A DNA stretch of 64,000 nucleotides from Alphaproteobacteria bacterium (GCA_963422645.2 CAXXVO010000006.1:160001-224000); one strand, 5' to 3'. Positions 43,692 through 55,985 are shown, numbered from the stretch's first letter. Numbers and translations: made by a program. Notes: generated by a model not told the origin, from the sequence alone.

Positions 43692-44216
43692 ATGCGCGAA
43701 CGGATAGAGGTCTTCGAGGGCGATATCACCACGCTCGCGGTGGACGCCATCGTTAACGCGGCCAACAACAGCCTGCTGGGCGGCGGCGGGGTCGACGGCG
43801 CCATACACTGCGGAGCCGGCCCTCGCCTGCTCGAAGAATGTCGCACGCTCGGCGGGTGCGAGACCGGGGACGCCAAGCTCACCGGTGCCTACGACCTGCC
43901 GGCCCGATTCGTGATCCACACCGCGGGCCCGGTGTGGCATGGCGGCGGGCAGGGAGAGCCCGCGCTTCTGGCGCGCTGCTACCGCCGCTGCTACGAGATC
44001 GCGGCCGAGCAGGGGATCGCGTCGATCGCATTTCCCGCGATCAGCACGGGCGTCTACGGCTATCCGCTCGACCAGGCGACGCGCATCGCCGTCAGTGAAA
44101 CCCAAGTTCACCTCGAAGGCGGCACTACGCTCGAGCGGGTTGTGTTCGCCTGCTTCGGCGCGGAGGCCGCCAACGTGTACCGCGCCATGATCGACGACAT
44201 CTTCGCCGGCGGGTAA
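43692..44216 (+). CDS. Macrodomain protein (O-acetyl-ADP-ribose deacetylase / ADP-ribosylhydrolase, YmdB-like)
   Basis: 'GDIT', '[20 protein letters not shown]', '[10 protein letters not shown]'. Confidence 0.92.
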   Translation: MRERIEVFEGDITTLAVDAIVNAANNSLLGGGGVDGAIHCGAGPRLLEECRTLGGCETGDAKLTGAYDLPARFVIHTAGPVWHGGGQGEPALLARCYRRCYEIAAEQGIASIAFPAISTGVYGYPLDQATRIAVSETQVHLEGGTTLERVVFACFGAEAANVYRAMIDDIFAGG

Positions 44217-44334
44217 TCGGTCACAGCAAGCAGCGACGCCCGGCGGCTGGCGAGCACCCGCGAGGCTTGCCGTCTGCGCCCCCCGGTGGTTCGTTAGGGC
44301 CCGAGACAATCACGCATTTCCGGAAGCAGGGTCC

Positions 44335-45623
<1,289 letters not shown>

Positions 45624-45627
<4 letters not shown>

Positions 45628-46412
45628 GCTATGTGCGCGGGGCGTGCCGGCGGCGTCTCGGGCTCGCCGCCGAGATCGCGCAGGATCGTGCAGAGCTCGT
45701 CACCGGCGCGCGTGATTTCGTCCTCGTCGGTGCCGCGCAGGACCAGTGTCGTGCCGAAGTTGCCGTCGCGGACGAAGGGGTAGCTGCCGATCTCCAGCGC
45801 CGGGTAGCGCTCCTGCAGACCTTCGAGCCGCGCTGCCACGTCGCCCTCGCCCAGCAGCACGGCGATTTCGCGCGACCTTACCGTTCGCCCGCCCTTCAGA
45901 GTCGGCGCCACGCTCTCGAACATCGCCCGCATCACTGCCGGAATGCCGGCGAGCACGTGCACGTTCTCGACCCGGAAGCCCGGCGCCCGGCTCACCGGGT
46001 TGTCGATCAGCGTGGCACCCTCGGGCGTATAGGCCATGCGCATGCGCGCCTCGTTAAGCTCGCGCCCGGTGTCCCGGTAGAAGTCCTCGAGGATGCGCTT
46101 CGCCTCCGGATGGATCCGGTAGGGCAGGTTGAACGCCCTGGCAACCGCCTCGCAGGTGATGTCGTCATGGGTCGGCCCGATCCCGCCGGTGGTGAAGACG
46201 TAATTGTGGGATGCGCGCAGCGTGTTCACGGCGGCGATGATGGCACGCTCCTCGTCCCGCACCATGCGGACCTCGGCGAGCTGGATACCGAGCGCGGTGA
46301 GCTGGCGGGCGAGATAGGAGACGTTCACGTCCTTGGTCCGGCCCGAGAGGATTTCGTTGCCGATGACGACGAGGGCTGCGGTGACGGTGACGCCCGGCGT
46401 GGATTCCGGCAT
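45624..46412 (-). CDS. CinA-like molybdopterin-binding domain protein
   Basis: '[13 protein letters not shown]', '[13 protein letters not shown]'. Confidence 0.9.
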
Positions 46413-46565
46413 GGCGTTGCTGCTCGCTCCTCTTGGCGCGTGCCGATTGCCCGCGCGACGGCGCAGAGAATAGAGCGGCGCGCCCGGCGCGGCCACCGCA
46501 CGATGGTCCGAAGCGACGGCACCGCGCCCCTTGAGCCGGTGGCGGCGCGCGGCTTATGAGACGGG

Positions 46566-47270
46566 ATGCAATTTCCCCATCCTCTCCGCCGCGCGACCCT
46601 GCTCAAGCGCTACAAGCGCTTCCTGAGTGACCACCGCCTGGACGACGGCAGCACCGTCACCGCCCACGTCGCCAATCCGGGTGCGATGACGGGGCTCAAG
46701 GACGAAGGGCTCGAAACCTGGCTCTCGCCAGCCGCGAATCCGAAGCGCAAGCTCCCCTATAGTTGGGAGATGGTTCGGGCCGATGGCGGGCTGGTGGGCG
46801 TCAACACGGCGTGGCCCAACCGCCTCGCCGAAGAGGCGATCACGGGCGGCGCGATCCCGGCGCTGGCGGGCTATGAGAGCGTCCGCCGCGAGGTCGCCTA
46901 TGGCACGGGCTCACGCGTCGATTTTCTGCTCGAAGCGCCTGACCGGCCGCCCTGCTATGTCGAGGTCAAGAACGTCCACCTGAAGCGTGGCCCCGCCGCG
47001 GAGTTTCCGGACAGCGTCACCGCGCGCGGCACGAAGCACCTGCGCGAGCTTGCGACGGTGGCCGAGAGCGGCGCCCGCGCAGTCATGCTCTACATCGTCC
47101 AGCGCGAGGACTGCGACTGTTTCACCCTCGCCGCCGACATCGACCCCGCCTACGCCACAGCCTTTGCCGAGGCCCGCGCAAGTGGGGTGGAGGCGCTGGC
47201 CTACGCCTGCCGGCTGAGCACGGAGGGCATCGCCGTCGACCGCCCGCTTCCCATCGACGGGACGGCTTAG
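46566..47270 (+). CDS. sfsA: DNA/RNA nuclease SfsA
   Basis: 'RYKRFL', 'SRVDF', 'YVEVKNV', 'FPDSVTARG.KHL.EL'. Confidence 0.95.
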   Translation: MQFPHPLRRATLLKRYKRFLSDHRLDDGSTVTAHVANPGAMTGLKDEGLETWLSPAANPKRKLPYSWEMVRADGGLVGVNTAWPNRLAEEAITGGAIPALAGYESVRREVAYGTGSRVDFLLEAPDRPPCYVEVKNVHLKRGPAAEFPDSVTARGTKHLRELATVAESGARAVMLYIVQREDCDCFTLAADIDPAYATAFAEARASGVEALAYACRLSTEGIAVDRPLPIDGTA

Positions 47271-47355
47271 CGCGCGATCCTTTGGAACGCGCGCCGATAG
47301 AAGCTAGATTGCGGCCGCCGGGTGCGCCCTCCCTGAGTCGCGCCCGTCGCCAGAA

Positions 47356-48195
47356 TTGAGTGAGCGAGCGAGGTCATTCGTGTCCACTGCCGGCGGCGCG
47401 CCAGTCATCGAACGCAGCGTCAAGACCCACGGCGCGGAGGGCTTCGCGGCGATGCGCAAGGCCGGCCGCCTCGCGGCGGAGGTGCTCGACGCGCTGACGC
47501 CGATGGTCGAGCCCGGCGTCACCACCGACGCCCTCGATCGGTTCTGCCACGACTACATTGTCGCTCACGGCGCGGTGCCGGCACCGCTCGGCTACCGCGG
47601 GTATCCGAAATCCATCTGCACCTCGGTCAATCACGTCGTCTGCCACGGCATCCCCGGCGACAAGCGGCTGCAGATCGGCGACATGCTGAACATCGACGTG
47701 ACCGTGATCTTGGACGGCTGGCACGGGGATACGAGCCGCATGTTCTACGTCGGCCAGCCGAGCGTGAAGGCGCGCCGGCTGATCGACATCACCTACGAGG
47801 CGACGATGCGCGGTATCGCGGCGGTGGGGCCCGGCGCCCGGCTCGGCGATATCGGCCACGCGATCCAGAGCTACGCCGAGGGCGAGCGCTGCTCCGTGGT
47901 GCGCGATTTCTGCGGCCACGGCATCGGGCGCATCTTCCACGACGCGCCGAACGTGCTGCACTACGGCGAGCCCGGCACCGGCCCCACGCTCAGGCCCGGC
48001 ATGTTCTTCACCATCGAGCCGATGATCAATCTCGGCGGCTGGCAGGTGAAGCTGCTCAAGGACGGCTGGACCGCGGTGACCAAGGACCGCTCGCTCTCCG
48101 CCCAGTTCGAGCACACGATCGGCGTGACCGAGGACGGTCACGAGATCTTCACGCTCTCCCCGCTCGGGCTCACCAAGCCGCCCTACGATTGCTGA
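47356..48195 (+). CDS. map: Methionine aminopeptidase type I
   Basis: 'CTSVNHVVCHGIP', 'NIDVT', 'GHGIG', 'FTIEPM', 'SAQFEHT'; start uncertain. Confidence 0.96.
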   Translation: MSERARSFVSTAGGAPVIERSVKTHGAEGFAAMRKAGRLAAEVLDALTPMVEPGVTTDALDRFCHDYIVAHGAVPAPLGYRGYPKSICTSVNHVVCHGIPGDKRLQIGDMLNIDVTVILDGWHGDTSRMFYVGQPSVKARRLIDITYEATMRGIAAVGPGARLGDIGHAIQSYAEGERCSVVRDFCGHGIGRIFHDAPNVLHYGEPGTGPTLRPGMFFTIEPMINLGGWQVKLLKDGWTAVTKDRSLSAQFEHTIGVTEDGHEIFTLSPLGLTKPPYDC

Positions 48196-48208
48196 GGGCA
48201 CCGCTGCC

Positions 48209-48895
48209 GTGGCGGACAAGCCCCATTTTCACGGCCATCGCGAGCGCTTGCGCAAGCGCTTCGACGAAGCGGGCGCGGACGCGCTCCCCGACTACGAGCT
48301 TCTGGAGCTGCTGCTCTGCCAGGCGCTGCCCAGGCGTGACGTCAAGCCGCTCGCCAAGCGGCTGATCGATCGCTTCGGCACCGTCGGCGGCGTGCTCGGC
48401 GCCGAGAAGGCGGCCTTGAAGGAGGTGGCGGGTGTCGGCGACGGGGTGGTGCACACGCTCAAGCTGGTCGAGGCGCTCGGCGTGCGTACGCTGCGGGAGG
48501 CGGTGATTGGCCGCCCGGTCATCGGCACCTGGCAGGCTGTGCTGGACTACTGCACCGCGCGCCTCGGCAAGCAGAAGACCGAGCATTTCCGCGTGCTCTT
48601 CCTCGACAACCACAACGCGCTGATCGCCGACGAGGAGCAGCAGCAGGGCACGGTCGACCACGTGGTGCTCTATCCGCGCGAGGTGATCAAGCGGGCGCTG
48701 GAGCACGGCGCGAGCGCCGTCGTGCTCGTGCACAACCACCCTTCGGGCAACCCCAGCCCGTCCCGCGCCGATATCGAGCTCACGAAGGAGGTCGCGAAGG
48801 CCGGCGCCACGCTCGGCGTGACCGTCCACGATCATCTGGTGATCGGCCGCTCCCGTCACGTCTCCTTCAGGGAGGCGGGCCTGCTGCAAGACTGA
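48209..48895 (+). CDS. radC: RadC-like JAB domain protein
   Basis: 'GHRERLR', 'YPREV', 'HNHPSG.P.PS..D', 'HDHLVI'. Confidence 0.95.
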   Translation: MADKPHFHGHRERLRKRFDEAGADALPDYELLELLLCQALPRRDVKPLAKRLIDRFGTVGGVLGAEKAALKEVAGVGDGVVHTLKLVEALGVRTLREAVIGRPVIGTWQAVLDYCTARLGKQKTEHFRVLFLDNHNALIADEEQQQGTVDHVVLYPREVIKRALEHGASAVVLVHNHPSGNPSPSRADIELTKEVAKAGATLGVTVHDHLVIGRSRHVSFREAGLLQD

Positions 48896-48902
48896 AGGGG
48901 AG

Positions 48903-49926
48903 TCAGGAATAGGGTCGTGGAGTTGGCTCCGGTGAGGGCGTGTCCTCTGCCAACTTCAGTCGCTTGTCATCGCCGTGGGCCTGGCGGTATCGCAGTTCGG
49001 CGTATTCGCCATACCTAATCGCCGGGTACTTCGGTGGCGCGCCGGCCTCGCGAAAGGGGGGCAGACACTCGATCACCGTGTCGCGCGGCAAGTTGTGAAA
49101 GTAGGCGATCGACTGGCGTCGTGTCGGCTGGCCCGGATCGGTCGGAGGGTTCACCACGCGGTGCCGCGTCGAGACCCAGCGGTCGTTGGTCCAGCGCATC
49201 ATCGCGTCGCCGATATTGACGACGAACGAGCCGACGATGTGCGGAACGTCGCTCCAGCAGCCGGCGCGCGTGCACACCTGCAACCCACCGGGCGCATCCT
49301 CTGTGCGAAGGATCGTGAGGACGCCGTAGTCCGAGTGTGCACCGGCCCGGAGCTGCCCCGGCGCGGGCGGCGCCGGCTGCTCCGGGTAGTCGATGACCCG
49401 CAGCGACGAAAGGTGACCCTGAAACTTGTCCTCGAAGTAATCCGCCTCAAGTCCGATAGCAGCGGCGAAGATGTGTCTCAGCGTTGCCGCGAGTTCCGAC
49501 ATCGCCTCGTAGTACGCCCGCCAGGCGGGCTCCAGATCCGGCGGGTTCGCCGGCCACCCATCGCCCCAGAATCCCGGTCCGAAATCCAGGGTCTCCTTCA
49601 GATCGCCGATGGCCTCATCGCCGAGCGTCGCAGCCAACGCCTCCTTGCCGAGCGGAAAGTGCATCAGCCCGCCCATGACCGGACCGGTCTCGCCGATGGC
49701 GTTCTTCTCCTCGGCGGGCAGGTCGAAGAAGGCCCGAGAGGCATCGTAGATGCGCGCGACCAGCGCCTCGGGAACACCGTGGCCGTTTTATCACGAAGAA
49801 GCCGATGTCCTCGCAGGCGGCGCGGACATCGTCGACGACGCCCATTCGTCCGGCAGTCTGCCCGGCCGCAAAGGGGGTGATATCGACGATCGGGACGGGA
49901 CTCCGCCCATCCCGGCCGAAAGTCAT
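48903..49926 (-). pseudogene. Isopenicillin N synthase-like 2OG-Fe(II) oxygenase with +1 frameshift in an A4 run (49786-49789)
   Basis: 'VPIVDI...ACEDIGFFVI/GHGV', 'AHSDYG', 'HRV', 'RQSIAYF'; could be a sequencing error. Confidence 0.8.
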
Positions 49927-49931
49927 CCGGA

Positions 49932-50882
49932 CTAGGGTGCCGTCCCGAAGGCCTCGCGCAGCGCGGCGCAGGCGGTCGCGTGCGCCTCGTCGGTCACGTC
50001 GAAGCGCCCGTTGGCGGTCCAGAAGCCGTGGATGTGGCCCTCGTAGTTGCGGTGGTCGGTGGGCACGCCCGCCGCCTTCAGCCTCTCGGCGTATGCGCGG
50101 CCGTCGTCGAAGAGCGGGTCGTGGCTCGCGGTCATCACCATCGCCGGCGCCAGCCCGCTCAGGTCGTCGGCTCGGATCGGCGCGGCGCGCACGTCCGCGC
50201 GCTCGGCATCGTCGTTGAAGTAGCAGTCGAAGAACCAGGTCATGGCCTCGGCGGTCAAAACGTAGCCCTCGGCGAAGCTCTTGTAGGACGGGCGCCCTTC
50301 GTCCGTATCGGTGACCGGATAGACCAGGAGCTGGAAGACCAGCGGCGGCCCGCCCTCGGCCTTCGCCCGCTGCGCCGTGACGGCGGCGAGGCAGCCGCCC
50401 GCCGAATCGCCGCCGACCGCGATGCGCGCCGGGTCCGCGCCGATCTCGGCGCAGTTCTCGGTCACCCATTTGAGCGACGCCCAGGCGTCTTCCGTGGGCT
50501 TGGGAAACTTGTTCTCCGGTGCCTTGCAGTAGTCGACGCCGACGACGATGCAGCCCGCGCCCTTGCAGAGCGCGCGGCAGGCGCCGTCGTGGGTCTCGAT
50601 GCTGAGCACCACGTAGCCGCTGCCGTGGTAGTTGACGTAGACAGGCAGCGGCTCGGCGGCGTCCGCGCCCTCGGGCCAGTAGAGGCGGATGCGGATCGGC
50701 CCGTTGGGGCCGGGGATGTCGCGGTCCTCGACCCGGCCGACGTCGACGCCCGGCGCCTGCGCGGCCATAATCAGGTCGTGGAAGCCCTCCCTGATCTCGT
50801 CGAGCGGGCGCTCCGCGAGCGGCGGCACCTCGATCGCGTTGATTTCGTCGCAGTACACCTGAACCTGCGGATGCAGTGCCAT
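49932..50882 (-). CDS. Alpha/beta hydrolase (HSL-family esterase/lipase)
   Basis: 'HGSG', 'GDSAGG', 'DPL', 'HGF'. Confidence 0.9.
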   Translation of the reverse strand: MALHPQVQVYCDEINAIEVPPLAERPLDEIREGFHDLIMAAQAPGVDVGRVEDRDIPGPNGPIRIRLYWPEGADAAEPLPVYVNYHGSGYVVLSIETHDGACRALCKGAGCIVVGVDYCKAPENKFPKPTEDAWASLKWVTENCAEIGADPARIAVGGDSAGGCLAAVTAQRAKAEGGPPLVFQLLVYPVTDTDEGRPSYKSFAEGYVLTAEAMTWFFDCYFNDDAERADVRAAPIRADDLSGLAPAMVMTASHDPLFDDGRAYAERLKAAGVPTDHRNYEGHIHGFWTANGRFDVTDEAHATACAALREAFGTAP

Positions 50883-50948
50883 GATCCCCCCTCGCCCGTG
50901 CTGGCTTGACCGTGGCGCATCTTAGCGCTGGCGCTGAGCTTTTTCATA

Positions 50949-51233
50949 TCCCTCAAGCGCCGGGCGCTCGCTCCGCTCGCTTGGCTACGCGCCGTTCGGC
51001 GCGGCGCGCGGTCGCGCGCTCCGGGCCTGACGGCCCGGCCCTAACATTCCATACCTCGTTCGCTCCCGTCCGGAGCCCCCACCGATTGAGGGATCGGAGG
51101 AAGTTCCGGGCCGCAGGCCCGGACGGCGCGACCGCGCCGCGCGCGTAGCGCGTAGCCAAGCGAGCGGAGCGAGCGCCCGGCGCCTGAGGGAAAGAGACTA
51201 AGTATCGGCGACCCTCCGGCGCCTGAGGGAAAG
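50949..51233. repeat. GC-rich long inverted-repeat element (MITE/REPIN-like), copy 1
   Basis: About 90-bp arms starting TCCCTCA(A/G)GCGCCGGGCGCTCGCTCCGCTCGCTTGGCTACGCGC; homologue at 58011-58229. Confidence 0.7.
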
Positions 51234-51331
51234 TGAAACCAACCCCCCCACCGATGTTGGGCTAGCGCGCCGAAGCGCACTCGTGAACAATGCGCCGGGG
51301 CAGGAGCCGCACGCCAGGGAGGCCAACGGCG

Positions 51332-53326
51332 ATGAACGAGAGCGCGACCAGCAACATCACCGTCGGCGCGGAGACGCTCCGCGATCTCTACGTCACCATG
51401 CGCCGCATCCGCGCCTTTGAGGACAAGACCGCCGACCTCTTCCAGGAAGGCGTCGTCAAGGGCACGGCCCACAGCTACAAGGGCGAGGAGGCGATCGCCG
51501 CCGGCGTCTGCGCGGCGCTGCGCGACGACGACACCATCGCCTCCTACCACCGCGGCCATGGCCACTGCATCGCCAAGGGCGCGCGCATCGACCGCATGAT
51601 GGCGGAGCTGATGGGCCGCCAGACCGGCTACTGCCAGGGCCTCGGCGGCTCCATGCACATCGCCGACATGGAGCTCAACATCATGGGCGCGAACGGCATC
51701 GTCGGCGCGGCCATGCCGCTCGCCACCGGCGCCGGCCTCGCTGCCAAGCTGAAGGGGACGGACAATATCGCCGTGGCCTTCTTCGGCGACGGCGCGTCCA
51801 ACCAGGGCGTCTTCCACGAATCTCTCAACCTCGCGGCGGTGTGGAAGCTCCCGGTGATCTTCGTCTGCGAGAACAACCAGTACGCGCTCTCCACCTCCTA
51901 TCGGAACACCACGGCGGTCACCCAGGTCTCGGACCGCGCGGCCTCCTACGAGATCCCCGGCATCACCGTGGACGGCAACGACGGCGTCGAGGTCTACCTC
52001 GTTCTGCGCGACGCGGTGGACCGCGCCCGCGCCGGCGAGGGGCCGACCCTGATCGAGGCGATGACCTACCGCCACGGCCAGCACTCGCTCCGCGTCAACC
52101 TGCGCGACCCGCGGCCGGAGGACGAGCTCGAGTCCTGGCTCGAGCGCGACCCAATCGCGCGCATGGAGAAGCGCCTCAGCTCCGAGGGCAGCTTCTCGGC
52201 GGACCAGTTCGACGAGACCACGCAGGCGGTGGACGAGGAGATCGAGACCGCGGTCACCTACGGCCGCGAGAGCCCGGAGCCGCCGGTGCAGGCGATGCTC
52301 GATGCCGTCTACGCCCCGCACGCGACCTATACGGAGCCGGGGCCGAATACCGAGCGCATGCTCTCCTACCCCGAGGCGCTCAACGAGGCGCTGGACCAGG
52401 AGATGCTGCGCGACGACCGGGTCTTCCTCATGGGCGAGGATGTCGGCGCCACCGGCGGCATCTTCGGCGTCTCAAAGGGGCTGATGGACCGCTACGGGGC
52501 AGAGCGCGTGCGCGACACGCCGATCTCCGAGGCCACCTTCGTCGGCTGCGGCGTCGGCGCCGCCATCGCCGGCATGCGCCCGGTGGTGGAGATCCAGATC
52601 TTCGACTTCGTCGCGCTCACCATGGACATGCTGGTCAACCAGGCGGCCAAGTTCCGCTTCATGCTCGGCGGCAAGCCCTCCGTGCCGCTGGTGGTGCGCG
52701 GGCCCCAAGGCGGCGGCATCCGGCTCGCGGCCCAGCACAGCCAGAGCCTGGAGGCCTGGTTCACCCACGTGCCGGGGCTGGTGGTGGCGGCGCCGTCGAC
52801 CCCCTACGACGCCAAGGGGCTATTGGTCGCCGCGATCCGCGACAACAACCCCGTCGTCTTCCTGGAGCAGAAGCTGCTCTACCTCGGCGGCACGGGTCCG
52901 GTGCCGGAGGAGCTCTACGCCATCCCCCTCGGCAAGGCCGACATCAAGCGCGCGGGCACGGACGTCACCGTGGTCGCGACGTCGGCCATGGTGCCGCGCG
53001 CGCTGAGCGCCGCCACGGTGCTGGAGCGCGACGGCATCAGCGTCGAGGTCGTCGACCCCCGCACCCTGCAGCCCTTGGACGAGGAGGCCATCCTGGCCAG
53101 CGTGCGCAAGACCAACCGCCTCCTCATCGTGCACGAGGCCTGGGTGCGCGGCGGCTTCGGCGCCGAGGTCGCGGCCATGGTGGTGGACAAGGCCTTCGAC
53201 TACCTCGACGCCCCGGTCGCCCGCCTCGGCGCTCCCCACACCCCGATGCCCTACAACGACCGCCTCGAGCTAGAAGTCATCCCCTCCCAGGAGCGCATCG
53301 TCGAGGCGATCCGCGCGCTGCTCTAG
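51332..53326 (+). CDS. Fused E1 alpha/beta TPP-dependent dehydrogenase (acetoin/pyruvate dehydrogenase-like)
   Basis: 'GGSMH', 'GDGA...ENNQY', 'MGEDV', 'DTPISE', 'AAQHSQ'. Confidence 0.9.
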   Translation: MNESATSNITVGAETLRDLYVTMRRIRAFEDKTADLFQEGVVKGTAHSYKGEEAIAAGVCAALRDDDTIASYHRGHGHCIAKGARIDRMMAELMGRQTGYCQGLGGSMHIADMELNIMGANGIVGAAMPLATGAGLAAKLKGTDNIAVAFFGDGASNQGVFHESLNLAAVWKLPVIFVCENNQYALSTSYRNTTAVTQVSDRAASYEIPGITVDGNDGVEVYLVLRDAVDRARAGEGPTLIEAMTYRHGQHSLRVNLRDPRPEDELESWLERDPIARMEKRLSSEGSFSADQFDETTQAVDEEIETAVTYGRESPEPPVQAMLDAVYAPHATYTEPGPNTERMLSYPEALNEALDQEMLRDDRVFLMGEDVGATGGIFGVSKGLMDRYGAERVRDTPISEATFVGCGVGAAIAGMRPVVEIQIFDFVALTMDMLVNQAAKFRFMLGGKPSVPLVVRGPQGGGIRLAAQHSQSLEAWFTHVPGLVVAAPSTPYDAKGLLVAAIRDNNPVVFLEQKLLYLGGTGPVPEELYAIPLGKADIKRAGTDVTVVATSAMVPRALSAATVLERDGISVEVVDPRTLQPLDEEAILASVRKTNRLLIVHEAWVRGGFGAEVAAMVVDKAFDYLDAPVARLGAPHTPMPYNDRLELEVIPSQERIVEAIRALL

Positions 53327-53358
53327 CCCCGGCCGGCCACGCCCTTTCACTCCCACAT

Positions 53359-53440
53359 CGTCATGCGCGGACTTGTTCCGCGCATCTCCAGCAGGCGCGC
53401 CCTCTCTCACATCGTCATGCCCGGACTGGTTCCGTGCATC
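53359..53440 (+). repeat. Two direct REP-like palindromes
   Basis: CGTCATGCGCGGACTTGTTCCGCGCATC and CGTCATGCCCGGACTGGTTCCGTGCATC, same family as 8756. Confidence 0.7.
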
Positions 53441-53480
53441 TACTGGGACGCACGCAACAATTATTTTGCCGGGATTCCCC

Positions 53481-53553
53481 GGGATCAAGCGGGATAAGTG
53501 GGATTAAGTGGGACAAGTGGGACAAGTGGGACAAGTGGGATAACTGGGATTAG
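53481..53553 (+). repeat. Tandem 9-10-mer array (GGGACAAGT-like, about 8 units) abutting IS21
   Basis: GGGATCAAGC GGGATAAGT GGGATTAAGT (GGGACAAGT)x3 GGGATAACT GGGATTAG. Confidence 0.85.
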
Positions 53554-53755
53554 TGTCAATCGGCTTTCAATACTGACCCCCGATCGGCGTGCAAAATTGA
53601 CCCCCCTGAGTGGCACGGCGGAGGTTGTCCCGGTAGCCAATAGGGGGGACCCGCGCGGCTTCGTGTGGCGCCCTGCGCTACGCGGAGCGAAGCCGCGTGG
53701 GGGGTCCCTGTTGGCCCACCGGGGCAACCGGGCCGCAAGGGAGGCCGGCGGCGGG

Positions 53756-54484
53756 TCAGGAGCGGTTCTTGAAGCGCCAGCTCTCGTTGCCGGTCTCGAT
53801 GATCTCGCAATGATGGGTGAGGCGATCGAGCAGCGCTGTGGTCATCTTGGGGTCGCCGAAGACGGATGGCCATTCGCCGAAGGCGAGGTTTGTGGTGATG
53901 ACGATCGAGGTGCGCTCGTAGAGCCGGCTCATCAGATGGAAGAGCAGCTGCCCACCGGCCTGGGCGAAGGGCAGGTAGCCGAGCTCGTCGAGGATGACGA
54001 AGTCGCGGCGGACGAGCTGGTCTGCAGTGCGGCCCTGGCGTCCGGCGCGAAGCTCGGCCTCGAGGAGGTTGACCAGGTCGACGACGTTGTAGCACCGGCC
54101 GCGCGCGCCCTTGCGGATGCAGGACCGCGCGATGGCGACGGCGAGATGGGTCTTGCCGGTACCGGTGCCGCCGACCAGCACGATGTTGCGTTTGCCCTCG
54201 AGGAAGCCGCCGCCGGCGAGCTCCTGGATCAGGGGCTCGTTGACCGGCGAGGCGGCGAAGTCGAAGTCGGCCAGCTCCTTGACCGTCGGCAGCTTGGCGG
54301 AGGCCATCTGGTACTTGATCGAGCGGGCCCTCTTGTCGGCGATCTCGACCTGCAGCAGCGTACCGATGATCTGTTGCACCGGATGGCGGCGCTTGAGCCC
54401 GTCGGCAAGGATGTCGTCGTAAGCGGCGCGCATACCTGCGAGCTTCAGCTGGGTCATCATCTCCAGCACATCATGACGCTCCAT
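53756..54484 (-). CDS. istB: IS21 helper ATPase IstB
   Basis: Same protein as the other copies. Confidence 0.95.
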   Translation of the reverse strand: MERHDVLEMMTQLKLAGMRAAYDDILADGLKRRHPVQQIIGTLLQVEIADKRARSIKYQMASAKLPTVKELADFDFAASPVNEPLIQELAGGGFLEGKRNIVLVGGTGTGKTHLAVAIARSCIRKGARGRCYNVVDLVNLLEAELRAGRQGRTADQLVRRDFVILDELGYLPFAQAGGQLLFHLMSRLYERTSIVITTNLAFGEWPSVFGDPKMTTALLDRLTHHCEIIETGNESWRFKNRS

Positions 54485-55985
54485 GACCGGCCTCCCTCAG
54501 GCTGTCGTAGCGCTGACAGTCGGCTACCGGCTTGTGGCGAAGCTGCAGGCCCTCGGGCGTCGGGATGATTGCCGGCGGTGCCGGCTGGCGCTGCCGGGCG
54601 AGGATGTTGAGCACCACGTCGGCGCTGCAGGCACCGCAGTCGAGCGTCTCGGCACAGGCCGCCTCAACCGCCTCCAGTCCGTCCTCCAGCACCGCCGCGA
54701 GCACCTTGACGAACTGCCGGTCGCCGTCGTCGTGGCCCGCGAGCCGGGTTCGCAGGCGGCCGAGCGCGTTGGGCAACTGCCAGTCCTTGAAGGGCGCGCC
54801 ATTGCGTAGCGCGCCGGGCTTCCGCGTCAGGATCGGCACGTAATGCCACGGATCGTAGACGAACCGGCCGCGCCCGAAGCTGCGGGGGTGCTCGGCAACG
54901 GTCTCGCCGTCCTGGCGGATGACGATCCGATCGGCATAGGCCCGCACGTCCACCGGCCGGCCGACGGCGCGGGCCGCGACGCTGTACTGGTTGTTGTCGA
55001 AGCGCACCAGACAGGTCTTCGAGACCGACACCTCGCTGGCATGGAAGCCGTCGAAGGGGCCGCGATACGCCATCAGGAAGGGCTGCTCCTCCTCGAACAC
55101 CTGCCACACCGTCTTGCCCGGGATTGTCGGATGCGGATGCTTCTTGGCGTCCTCGATGCACCGATCCATCAGCCACTCGTTGATCTCGGCGTAGGAGCGG
55201 CCCCGCGGGATGGGCACGAACAGGCGGCCGCGAAGGTCACCCACCTGCTTCTCGACCTGCCCCTTCTCCCAGCCAGCCCCTGGCGTGCACGCCACAGGCT
55301 CCACCAGATGGTGCGAGCACAGCTCCTGGAAGCGGCGGTTGTAGTCCCGCTTCTTGCCCACGAAGATCGTGCTCACCGCCGTCTTCATGTTGTCGTAGAT
55401 GCCCCGCCGGCAGACCCCGCCGAAGAAGCGGAAGGCACGCTCGTGCGCCTCGAAGACCATCTCCTGGCTCTCGCGGGGAAAGATCTGGACCAGATACATC
55501 CGGCTGTGGCACAGCCGCATGTGCGCCGCCTTCACCCTGGTCGTCGCGCCCGACAGACGCGCGTACTCGTGGCTCCAGTCGAACTGGTAGGCCTCGCCGG
55601 GATCGAAGATCAGCGGCACATAGGCCTGCGCCGGCGACAACAGCCGCCACCGGCGCCGCCAGGCCCTGGCATAGCGGCGAACCGCGTCATAGCCGCCCTT
55701 GTAGCCCAGCGACACAAGGTCTTCATGAATCCGCAGAAGAGACAGCCGATCCTTGCGTGCCTTCTTCTCGTTGGCCTTCAGCTGGCGCTCAAGCTCCTCC
55801 ACCCACAGCCCAAGCTTCGGCATCGGCTGGATCTTGCGCTCGTAGCTGTGCGAGGTCGCATCGCCCCGCACCACCTTGCGTATCGTGTTCTTGGAAACCC
55901 TCAAATCCCGGGCGAGCTTCTTGATCGGAACGCCCTTCACCAGATGATCCCGACGGATCTTCGCGATCGTTTCCACAACCAGCAT
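54471..55985 (-). CDS. istA: IS21 transposase IstA
   Basis: Same protein as the other copies. Confidence 0.95.
   Translation of the reverse strand: MLVVETIAKIRRDHLVKGVPIKKLARDLRVSKNTIRKVVRGDATSHSYERKIQPMPKLGLWVEELERQLKANEKKARKDRLSLLRIHEDLVSLGYKGGYDAVRRYARAWRRRWRLLSPAQAYVPLIFDPGEAYQFDWSHEYARLSGATTRVKAAHMRLCHSRMYLVQIFPRESQEMVFEAHERAFRFFGGVCRRGIYDNMKTAVSTIFVGKKRDYNRRFQELCSHHLVEPVACTPGAGWEKGQVEKQVGDLRGRLFVPIPRGRSYAEINEWLMDRCIEDAKKHPHPTIPGKTVWQVFEEEQPFLMAYRGPFDGFHASEVSVSKTCLVRFDNNQYSVAARAVGRPVDVRAYADRIVIRQDGETVAEHPRSFGRGRFVYDPWHYVPILTRKPGALRNGAPFKDWQLPNALGRLRTRLAGHDDGDRQFVKVLAAVLEDGLEAVEAACAETLDCGACSADVVLNILARQRQPAPPAIIPTPEGLQLRHKPVADCQRYDSLREAGHGAS

Noticed and set aside
43692-44216. DarTG system
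   Set aside because: No DarT ADP-ribosyltransferase is present, and the macrodomain is a short YmdB type without the DarG C-terminus
48209-48895. radC as mobile-element anti-restriction cargo
   Set aside because: It is the full-length form in the usual map-radC chromosomal context
53481-53553. CRISPR array
   Set aside because: Units are 9-10 bp with no spacers, and there are no cas genes
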